Positions 45,054 through 52,439 of a DNA stretch of 64,000 nt are shown here, in pieces. A program made the translations under genes and the position numbers. Source of the DNA: Holophagales bacterium (GTDB lineage Bacteria; Acidobacteriota; Thermoanaerobaculia; Multivoradales; Multivoraceae). Every line of letters begins with the position of its first letter. The first letter of the stretch is position 1. The notes beneath the pieces were generated by a model. The model had not been told where the DNA came from and made no database searches. It saw only the letters and a program-made list of their open reading frames with translations. The DNA is taken from positions 14,111-78,110 of the forward strand of contig VXUF01000048.1 of NCBI GenBank assembly GCA_009837085.1. Direction: 5' to 3'.

Positions 45054-45838
45054 GTGGAGGCGCCCCCGGCAACTCGGGCACCAACTCCGGGCGCGGACGC
45101 AGGCCGCGGATCGGCATCGTCGGCGACGTCCGGGACGCGATCATCGGCCCTTGGGACGAGGTCGTCTCGATGGTCCCGCACGACTACGTCTCGGCGATTG
45201 CCGCCGCCGGCGGGGCGCCGGTCATCATCCCGAGCGTCGAGCCTTACGACGAGGAACCCGGGGCCGCGCTCGACGACCTCGACGGGATCGTCTTCATGGG
45301 CGGCAAGGACTTCGATGCGCAGATCTACGGCGCGGAACCGCACCCGGAGAACGACGAGCACGACGAGACGCGTGACCGGGTCGAACTGGCGATCGGCCGC
45401 GCCGCGCTCGAACGCAGGATGCCGATCCTCGGGATCTGCCGCGGTTTCCAGCTCCTGAACATCCTCTACGGTGGCGACCTGGAACAGCACCTCGGCGACC
45501 GGCTCGACATGAAGCCGCACCGCGACGTCCTGGGCGAGTTCACGCGGCACATGGTGACGATCGAGCCGGGGACGCACCTGGCGGCGGCGATGGAGGCGGG
45601 CAAGGAAGACGGAGACGTCGAGATCGCCTCGCACCATCACCAGGGCGCCGGCCGGCTGGGCGAGGGGCTCCGTGTGGCCGCCACCGCGCCGGACGGCGTG
45701 ATCGAGGCGCTGGAGGATCCCCGGCTTCCGTTCTGCCTCGGTGTCCAGTGGCACCCCGAGGTCACCGCGCCGGAGGACGGCGGCCGGCTGTTCCGCGCCC
45801 TGGTCGACTTCTGCTCATCCCATCCGTCAACGGCCTGA
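45050..45838 (+). CDS. Gamma-glutamyl-amide hydrolase, class I glutamine amidotransferase / peptidase C26 (PuuD-like)
   Basis: 262 aa. ATG 45050 overlaps the P450 stop (ATGA). Nucleophile GICRGFQLLN and the His/Glu context GVQWHPE. Confidence 0.9.
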   Translation: MSGGAPGNSGTNSGRGRRPRIGIVGDVRDAIIGPWDEVVSMVPHDYVSAIAAAGGAPVIIPSVEPYDEEPGAALDDLDGIVFMGGKDFDAQIYGAEPHPENDEHDETRDRVELAIGRAALERRMPILGICRGFQLLNILYGGDLEQHLGDRLDMKPHRDVLGEFTRHMVTIEPGTHLAAAMEAGKEDGDVEIASHHHQGAGRLGEGLRVAATAPDGVIEALEDPRLPFCLGVQWHPEVTAPEDGGRLFRALVDFCSSHPSTA

Positions 45839-45850
45839 GGTTCGACGCAC

Positions 45851-46654
45851 ATGCCACTCAAGGGCTACAGCGGCCCCCTCTCCGCCAGCGGTCGCGGCGG
45901 CCTCGTGCCGGCGCCGCCCTGGCACTACTCCTGCGACTTCCTGATCGTCGAGTACCGCACCGATGCGGACGCGATCACGGCCCTGCTGCCGGCGGAGCTC
46001 GAGCCGGCCGAGCGGCCGGACATGGCCTGCGTCATCTTCGCCGACTGGCAGTCCTGCTCCGACGATCTGCACGAACTGGAGGACCCGATCCAGTCCCAGT
46101 ACAAGGAGTACTTCATCGTCGTCGGCGCCAGCTTTCAGGGCGAGCCGGTCTCGCGTTGCGTCTACATCTGGGTCGACAAGGACTTCGCGATGTTCCGCGG
46201 CTGGGTGCAGGGCTTCCCGAAGAAGCTCGGCTCGATCCACATGACCCGCAGCTTCGAGGTCGGCAAGGCGGCTTGCCGGCTCGCCCCCGGCGCCCGCTTC
46301 GGGGCGACCTGCACCGCCAACGACCGCCAGATCGTCCGCGCCGTCGTCGAGCTCGAGGGGATCAGCGAGACGGGGCCGACGGTGAACGCTCCGCCGATGT
46401 TCAACACGCGCCACTTTCCGGCCGCCGCCGGGCTCGAACCCACGGTGTTCGAGATGGTTCGCGCCGGCGGCTACGACCGGGACTCGACCGACGTCTGGGA
46501 AGGGCCGGCCACGCTGGCCTTCGGCGAGGACACGCTGGAGGACCTGCAGGCGATCGCGCCGCGCGAGGTGCACTGCGGCTTCCGGTTCTCCTTCGCCTAC
46601 AGCGTCGACGGCGTGGAGGTCGTCGGACCGCATGACCGGGAGCAACTGCGATGA
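45851..46654 (+). CDS. Acetoacetate decarboxylase (ADC) family protein
   Basis: 267 aa. The N-terminal PAPPWHYSCDFLIVEYRTD and the beta-cone-sized length fit the ADC family by recollection. Confidence 0.75.
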   Translation: MPLKGYSGPLSASGRGGLVPAPPWHYSCDFLIVEYRTDADAITALLPAELEPAERPDMACVIFADWQSCSDDLHELEDPIQSQYKEYFIVVGASFQGEPVSRCVYIWVDKDFAMFRGWVQGFPKKLGSIHMTRSFEVGKAACRLAPGARFGATCTANDRQIVRAVVELEGISETGPTVNAPPMFNTRHFPAAAGLEPTVFEMVRAGGYDRDSTDVWEGPATLAFGEDTLEDLQAIAPREVHCGFRFSFAYSVDGVEVVGPHDREQLR

Positions 46655-47442
46655 GACATGAGCGCCGCGCCGGCGACGGCACCTGGCTGCCTCCGATCGA
46701 TCCGCCGTCGAAGATCATCGCCGTCCACCTGAGCTACCGCTCGCGCTGCGTCGAGTACCAGATGGAGCGCATCCCGGAGGTGCCGTCCTACTTCATGAAG
46801 CCCACCTCCTCGCTGAGCGCCCACGAGGCGCCGGTGGCGCGGCCGCGCGGCTGCCGCTTCCTGAACTACGAGGGGGAGTTCGCGGTCGTCATCGGCCGGC
46901 GGGCGATCGGCGTGGCGATCGAGGAGGCGCTCGACTATGTCCGCGGCTACACGCTGGTCAACGACTTCGGCATCCATGACTTCCGGCACGCGGACCGCGG
47001 CTCGATGCTGCGGGTCAAGGGCCAGGACGGCTTCGGGCCGATGGGCCCGGCCCTGGTCGACGCCGGCGACGTCGACCCGAACGACCTGACACTGCGCACC
47101 CTGGTCAACGGCGAGGTGGTGCAGGAGGGGAACACGGGCGAGGACCTCCTGTTCTCGTTCGCGTACCAGGTCGCCGACCTGAGCCGGCTGATCACGCTCG
47201 AACCCGGCGACGTCATCATGACCGGCACGCCGGCGAACTCGCGGCCGGTCGAGCCGGGCGACGTGGTCGAGGTGCAGTGCGACGAGATCGGCACCCTGCG
47301 CAACCCGATCGTCGAGCTGGACCGGGACCTGCAGCCGGTCGGCGAGCAGCCCCAGGTGACCGGCAACACGCTGCACGTCGCGCTCTGCGTGCCGGAGGAC
47401 GAGGCGGAGGTCGTCGCGGCGGCGGAGGCGGCGGGCTCGTGA
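46651..47442 (+). CDS. Fumarylacetoacetate hydrolase (FAH) family protein (HpaG/2-oxo-dienoate hydratase/isomerase-decarboxylase type)
   Basis: 263 aa. YFMKPTSS, NYEGEFAVVIG, NDFGIHDF..KG.DGF.PMGP and PGDVIMTGTP motifs. ATGA overlap with the upstream stop. Confidence 0.9.
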   Translation: MRHERRAGDGTWLPPIDPPSKIIAVHLSYRSRCVEYQMERIPEVPSYFMKPTSSLSAHEAPVARPRGCRFLNYEGEFAVVIGRRAIGVAIEEALDYVRGYTLVNDFGIHDFRHADRGSMLRVKGQDGFGPMGPALVDAGDVDPNDLTLRTLVNGEVVQEGNTGEDLLFSFAYQVADLSRLITLEPGDVIMTGTPANSRPVEPGDVVEVQCDEIGTLRNPIVELDRDLQPVGEQPQVTGNTLHVALCVPEDEAEVVAAAEAAGS

Positions 47443-48974
47443 CGGCCGACGCGACACTGGGTGCGCCTGCGTCCTCGCCGGCATCTGGCGCTGGTGAGGA
47501 GCGAACCGACGTTGAGGGCGTCGCCGTTCCGACCGGCCATCTGATCGGCGGCCGGCGGGTCGGCGCCGGCGCCGGCTTCGAGGTGCGCTCGCCGATCGAC
47601 TGGGAATGGAAGCTGGCCGAGTTTCCCGAAGCGGGGGCGGTGGAGGTCGACGCCGCCGTCGACGCCGCGCGGGGGGCGTTCCCGGACTGGGCGGCGCTGG
47701 GACCGGAGGGACGCGCGCCGTACCTGCTGCGCCTGGCTGCCGGGGTCGAACGGCGGGCCGCCGAGATCGCCCAGGTCGAGACGGTCGACAACGGTTCGCT
47801 GCTGGAAGCGATGCGCGAGCGGGTGATTCCGCGCGGCGGGATGAACTTCCGCTTCTTCGCCGAGTACGCGGTGTCGCGTCTGGCCGAGCCGTCGCGGATC
47901 CTGCATGGCGGCGAGCGGAACACGGTCCGCCACGATCCGGCCGGCGTCGTCGCGGTGTCGACGCCGTGGAACGCGCCCTTCATGCTGGCGACCTGGCGGG
48001 TCGGCCCGGCCCTCGCCGCGGGCAACACCGTGGTCCTCAAGCCGCCGGAGTGGGCGCCGCTGACGTGCTCACTGCTAGGCGATCTGGCGGAGGAGGCGGG
48101 GCTGCCGCCGGGCGTGCTCAACATCGTCCACGGCGGGCCGGAGACCGGCGCGATGCTGACCGGCCACGCCGGCGTCGACCGGATCGCCTTCACCGGATCG
48201 CCGGCCACTGCCCGCACGGTCGGCGCCGCGGCCGCGGCGGAGTTGACGCCCGTCTCCTTCGAACTCGGCGGCAAGTCGCCGTTCCTCGTCTTCGCCGACG
48301 CCGACCTGGAGGCCGCTGCCCGCACCGCGGCGTACCAGTACGACAACTCAGGCCAGGTCTGCCTGGCCGGCACCCGGTTGCTAGTGGAGCGGAGCTGCCT
48401 CGACGCCTTCATGGAGCGGTTCCTGGCGGAAGTCGAGGCGATCCGGGTCGGCGATCCGCGGGAGGCCGCGACGACCTACGGTCCGCTGATCCACCCGCGG
48501 GCGCTTTCGCGGGTCGAGGCACACGTCGAGAAGGCGCTGGCCCAGGGCGCGGCGCTCCGCTTCGGCGGCAAGAGCAGCGGCGGGCTCTACTTCCCGCCGA
48601 CGCTGTTCACCGACGTGCCGTCCGGCGCCGACATCCTGCGCGAGGAGGTGTTCGGGCCGGTGCTGACCCTGCAGGCGTTCGAGGACGACGACGAGGCGAT
48701 CGCGTTGGCCGAGTCGACGGACTACGGGCTCGCCACGATGATCTTCACCGGCGACGAGTCCCGCGCGGGCCGGCTCTCGCGCCGGATCAGCGCCGGCACG
48801 ATCTGGGTGAACTGCTTCTACGTCCGCGACCTCGAGACGCCCTTCGGCGGGACGAAGCACTCCGGCATCGGCCGCGAGGGCGGGCGGCATTCGTTCGACT
48901 TCTACTGCGACGTGAAGACGGTCTGCGAGCGCACTGCCGCGTTCGCGGCCGCCGGGACAGGAGGTGGCTCGTGA
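47439..48974 (+). CDS. NAD+-dependent hydroxymuconic-semialdehyde-type aldehyde dehydrogenase (HpaE/XylG-like)
   Basis: 511 aa from GTG 47439 (GTGA overlap). NFRFFAEY, STPWNAPF, FTGSPATAR, ELGGKSP, catalytic Cys SGQVCLAG, and C-terminal VRDLETPFGGTKHSGIGREGGRHSFDFY, which closely resembles HpaE-type enzymes. Repeat R11 is translated near the N-terminus. Confidence 0.9.
   Translation: MTADATLGAPASSPASGAGEERTDVEGVAVPTGHLIGGRRVGAGAGFEVRSPIDWEWKLAEFPEAGAVEVDAAVDAARGAFPDWAALGPEGRAPYLLRLAAGVERRAAEIAQVETVDNGSLLEAMRERVIPRGGMNFRFFAEYAVSRLAEPSRILHGGERNTVRHDPAGVVAVSTPWNAPFMLATWRVGPALAAGNTVVLKPPEWAPLTCSLLGDLAEEAGLPPGVLNIVHGGPETGAMLTGHAGVDRIAFTGSPATARTVGAAAAAELTPVSFELGGKSPFLVFADADLEAAARTAAYQYDNSGQVCLAGTRLLVERSCLDAFMERFLAEVEAIRVGDPREAATTYGPLIHPRALSRVEAHVEKALAQGAALRFGGKSSGGLYFPPTLFTDVPSGADILREEVFGPVLTLQAFEDDDEAIALAESTDYGLATMIFTGDESRAGRLSRRISAGTIWVNCFYVRDLETPFGGTKHSGIGREGGRHSFDFYCDVKTVCERTAAFAAAGTGGGS
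47453..47491 (+). repeat. Hairpin repeat copy R11 (short form) inside the aldehyde dehydrogenase 5' coding region
   Basis: gacactgggtgcgcctgcgtcctcgccggcatctggcgc. It shares the cctgc arm variant with R5. Confidence 0.85.
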
Positions 48975-49969
48975 TCCGCGGCATCCACCACGTCGGGCTT
49001 GCCGTCACCGACCTCGCCGAGGCCTCGGCGCGCTGGCGGCGGCTGCTCGGCCTGACCCTGGCCGGAGACGACGGTGCCTCACCACTGGGTGCGCCGGCGT
49101 CCCCGCCGGCTGCCGCCGCAGGCGGCCGGGAGACGCGCGAGGCGCAAGCCTCGCTCCCTTCCGCCCTGCTCCGCTGCGCCTATGAAGACTTCTGCGTCCG
49201 CCTGACCGCCGGCGACCGAGGCTGCGTCGACTACATCGCCTACGAACTCGAAGCCGGCGTGACGCTGGCCGAGGCCGGCGGCCGGCTGTCCGACGCCGGA
49301 ACGCTCGCCGTGCCCTTCGAGCTGCCGGCCGGCCGGTTCGGGTTGCGCACCGCCGACCCGGACGGCAACGGCGTGGCCGTCGTCGAGCACGTTGCGCCGA
49401 ACGACCCGCGTCCCGACGTCTGCAAGCACTCGGACACCCTGCCCGGCTTCCATCCGCGCCGGCTCCAGCATGTGAACTACCTCACTGCCGACACCCCGCG
49501 CGCCGTCGACTGGTACGTCGAGGCTCTCGGCCTCAAGATCACCGACTGGATCGGCGACGACGCCTGCTGGCTCCACGCCGACCGCGACCATCACGTGCTC
49601 GCCTTCCTCGACAAGGGCTATGCCCACATCCACCACGTCGCCTTCGAACTGACCGACTGGGGCGAGATGCGGGTCGGCCTTGATCACCTGGCGGCCCACC
49701 GGCGACCGATCGTCTGGGGGCCCGGCCGCCACGGCATGGCCCGGAACCTGTTCGCCTACTGGCGGATGCCCGAGGAGGACACGTTCATCGAGTTCTTCGC
49801 CGACATGGAAGTGCTCGGCCCGAACCACCAGGTCCGCCACTTCCCGGACGATGCCTTCGCCTCGAACACCTGGGGTCAGCTCCCCCCGCGGTCCTACTTC
49901 CGGTTCGACGAAGAAGCGATCCGCGCCGAGTGGGAGCAGTCGCAGCAACTGGGCGATCCGCTCTCGTAG
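48971..49969 (+). CDS. Type I extradiol ring-cleavage dioxygenase (two-module VOC fold) carrying an in-frame repeat insertion
   Basis: 332 aa from GTG 48971 (GTGA overlap). N-terminus IRGIHHVGLAVTDLAEASARWRRLLGL. Putative 2-His-1-carboxylate ligands lie in LQHVNY, HIHHVAFEL and FIEFFAD. Residues about 37-65 are encoded by repeat R12. Confidence 0.85.
   Translation: MIRGIHHVGLAVTDLAEASARWRRLLGLTLAGDDGASPLGAPASPPAAAAGGRETREAQASLPSALLRCAYEDFCVRLTAGDRGCVDYIAYELEAGVTLAEAGGRLSDAGTLAVPFELPAGRFGLRTADPDGNGVAVVEHVAPNDPRPDVCKHSDTLPGFHPRRLQHVNYLTADTPRAVDWYVEALGLKITDWIGDDACWLHADRDHHVLAFLDKGYAHIHHVAFELTDWGEMRVGLDHLAAHRRPIVWGPGRHGMARNLFAYWRMPEEDTFIEFFADMEVLGPNHQVRHFPDDAFASNTWGQLPPRSYFRFDEEAIRAEWEQSQQLGDPLS
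49080..49156 (+). repeat. Hairpin repeat copy R12 (long form) inserted in-frame within the dioxygenase gene
   Basis: caccactgggtgcgccggcgtccccgccggc tgccgccgcaggcggc ... gcgaggcgcaagcctcgc, translated as SPLGAPASPPAAAAGGRETREAQASLPSA. Confidence 0.9.
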
Positions 49970-50004
49970 ACCGCTTCCCGCCGCAGGCGTTGGGGTAGTC
50001 GTCA

Positions 50005-50068
50005 CCGGCCTTCGGCCGGCGGCTGTGTTGGTTCGGAAGGCCGACGAGGACGTCGGCGCACCCAGTAG
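50005..50068 (-). repeat. Hairpin repeat copy R13 (divergent long form), head-to-head with R14
   Basis: The reverse complement reads ctactgggtgcgccgacgtcctcgtcggc...ccggccgaaggccgg. Hairpin A arms have changed to gccgac/gtcggc. Confidence 0.8.
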
Positions 50069-50077
50069 CACCGCCAG

Positions 50078-50151
50078 CACCCACTGGGTGCGCCGGCGTC
50101 CTCGCCGGCTGCCGCCGAACGCGGCTGGAGAACGCCGCCGCGAAGCGGCGA
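50078..50151 (+). repeat. Hairpin repeat copy R14 (long form)
   Basis: cacccactgggtgcgccggcgtcctcgccggc tgccgccgaacgcggc ... cgccgcgaagcggcg. Confidence 0.85.
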
Positions 50152-50274
50152 CGACACTGCGAGCGGCCTGATACGGTGCCTCGGCACAGATGGCGTCAGC
50201 CAAGCGTGAGGGGCCGCAAGCAACCCGGAGCGACCGCTGGCGTCCGCCCGCCTGGATTCGTCTAGTGGAAGGTC

Positions 50275-51774
50275 ATGCCGATGCAACCCACTCGACGCGA
50301 TCTTCTGGCCAGGAGCGCCGCCGTGGCGGCCGTGGCCGCGCTGCCGCCGCTCCGCGCAACCTTCGGCCAGACCGCTCCGGCCGACGAGGGCCCCGGCGCC
50401 ACCGACCTGCAGCGCGACCTCGAACAGGCGATCGCGCGTCACCGGGTCATCGGCGCGAGCGCGGCCGTCTACCACGCCGGTGAGATCGAGACCGCGTCGG
50501 CCGGGATCCTGAACGCGACCACTGGCGTCGAGGTCACCCCCGAAACGGTGATGCACATCGGTTCGATCACGAAGACCCTGAACACGACCCTGGTCATGCA
50601 ACTCGTCGACGAAGGTCTGGTCGACCTCGACGCGCCGGTGCTCGACTACGTGCCCGACTTCGCGGTCGCCGACCCGGAAGCGACCCGGGCGATCGAGGTC
50701 GGCATGCTGCTCAACCACACGAGCGGCATCGACGGCGAAATGATCCCCGACCACGGCCCCGATCAGGAGGCCATCCTTCAGGCGGTCGAACGCGCCCGCG
50801 ATCTCGGCCAACTGTTCGCTCCCGGCGAGGACTGCTCGTACTGCAACACGGCGATGGTGGTCGCCGGCCACGTCGCCGAACGGGTGCTCGGGGACAGTTG
50901 GTACAACCTGATCGAGGACCGCATCTTCGGCCGCATCGGTCTGGAGCACTCGGTGGTCCAGCCCCAGGATGCCCTGCTCCACCGCGCCTCCGTCGGCCAC
51001 TTCCTCGATCCGGCCACCGGCACGCAGCAGAGGACGTCGAAGGCCTTCCTGCCGCTGAGCTTCGCTCCGGCCGGCTCCACCGCCATGATGTCGGCGCCCG
51101 ACCTGCTCGCCTTCGTCGCCGCCCACCTCCGCGGCGGCGAGGGACTGAACGGCGAGCGCCTGCTGTCGGAGGACAGCTCGAAGGCGATGCGCACCGCCAC
51201 CGCCGCGGTCCAGGGGATCGGCGCCGTTCGCTCCTTCGGCCTCGGCTTCATGCTCGGTCCCAACGGCGACTTCGGCCACGGCGGCGGCGGCCCGGGCATC
51301 CTCTCCTGGTTCTCGGCGCACGAGGAGTCCGACTTCGCGATGGTCGTCCTGACCAACTCGGCGCACGGCGGCCTGGTCGCCTTCGAGCTCGTGAACGCCT
51401 GGATGAAGAAGGCCTCCGGCTTCGAGCCGCTGGCGGCGCAGCGGTTCCCGCCGCTCGACATCGAGATCGATCCGCGGCTCTACGCCGGCGTCTACGAGGA
51501 CGTCGCCGCCGAGCACACGATCACCGAGCGCGACGGCCGCCTGAGCGTCAGTTCACGCGCCAAGGTCGCCTTCTACGACACGACCTCGACCGACGCGACG
51601 CCGGCCTTCCCGCTCGACCCGGTGGGCGAGCACTCCTTCGTCGTCTCCCTGCCGGAGGCGATCGCGGCCACCGCGCCGCAGACTCTCCTGTCGTTCGTCA
51701 ATCCGCAGGCCGACGGGCGGATGCGGCATGTGTCGACGGGTGGGCGGCTCTACCTGAGGCGAAGCGGGTCCTGA
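50275..51774 (+). CDS. Serine hydrolase, beta-lactamase/transpeptidase-like (class C family), Tat-exported
   Basis: 499 aa. Twin-arginine-like signal MPMQPTRRDLLARSAAVAAVAAL. SxxK as SITK, and YxN as YCN. Confidence 0.85.
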   Translation: MPMQPTRRDLLARSAAVAAVAALPPLRATFGQTAPADEGPGATDLQRDLEQAIARHRVIGASAAVYHAGEIETASAGILNATTGVEVTPETVMHIGSITKTLNTTLVMQLVDEGLVDLDAPVLDYVPDFAVADPEATRAIEVGMLLNHTSGIDGEMIPDHGPDQEAILQAVERARDLGQLFAPGEDCSYCNTAMVVAGHVAERVLGDSWYNLIEDRIFGRIGLEHSVVQPQDALLHRASVGHFLDPATGTQQRTSKAFLPLSFAPAGSTAMMSAPDLLAFVAAHLRGGEGLNGERLLSEDSSKAMRTATAAVQGIGAVRSFGLGFMLGPNGDFGHGGGGPGILSWFSAHEESDFAMVVLTNSAHGGLVAFELVNAWMKKASGFEPLAAQRFPPLDIEIDPRLYAGVYEDVAAEHTITERDGRLSVSSRAKVAFYDTTSTDATPAFPLDPVGEHSFVVSLPEAIAATAPQTLLSFVNPQADGRMRHVSTGGRLYLRRSGS

Positions 51775-51789
51775 TCGGCACCAGGACTG

Positions 51790-52434
51790 TCAAGACATAG
51801 CGAGTTCACGTTCCGTCGCAGGGGAAACCGGTCCCTCGAGAACGGCCGCCATCGCGTCCAGCAGCGTTTCGAAGAACAGTTCGGCATCGGGTCCGTCGAA
51901 GCTGCCGCCGGAGAGCGCGCGCTGAGCGAGCGCCAGCGCCGCCATCCGGTGCATCAGGTCGAACCGCCGGTCCGCCAGCGCCCTGGGGATCCGAAGCTGC
52001 GCGCGGATGCGCTTCGCCACCTCCCCCACCCCCGCGCCCGTGTAGCGGGTCGCGCCCTCGCGGAGCTCCTCGCCGGGTAGAAACACGAGCTGCCCGATCA
52101 CCTTCAGGAAGAGCGCGAACTCCGGATCCCGTCGGGCGATCCGCACCGGAGGCATGACCGCCACCTCGCACAACCGGCGCACGTCCTGAACCCCGCCGGC
52201 CTCATCCAGCTCGCGCAGCATGTGCTCCCGCTCTTCCCCGATCTGCGCGCCGCGCTTGACGTACATGGCGTCGATGAGCCCTTCGCGGCCGCCGAAGTGG
52301 TACTGGAGGGCCGATTCGTTGCGTTGGCCCGCTTCGCGCAGGATGGCGCGAGTGGAGGTCGGCCCGACGCCCTGCTCGGCGAACAGCTTCTCGGCGGCGC
52401 GAAGGATCTTCTCTCGCGTGCTAATGACTTCCAT
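51790..52434 (-). CDS. TetR/AcrR family transcriptional regulator
   Basis: 214 aa. N-terminal HTH REKILRAAEKLFAEQGVGPTSTRAILREAGQRNESALQYHFG. Confidence 0.9.
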   Translation of the reverse strand: MEVISTREKILRAAEKLFAEQGVGPTSTRAILREAGQRNESALQYHFGGREGLIDAMYVKRGAQIGEEREHMLRELDEAGGVQDVRRLCEVAVMPPVRIARRDPEFALFLKVIGQLVFLPGEELREGATRYTGAGVGEVAKRIRAQLRIPRALADRRFDLMHRMAALALAQRALSGGSFDGPDAELFFETLLDAMAAVLEGPVSPATERELAMS

Positions 52435-52439
52435 CAGAA

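Noticed and set aside
1-50151. The dispersed repeats as a CRISPR array.
   Set aside because: Spacing is irregular (tens of bp to 16 kb). Copies occur in both orientations and in different lengths, most lie inside or next to genes, and no cas genes are present.
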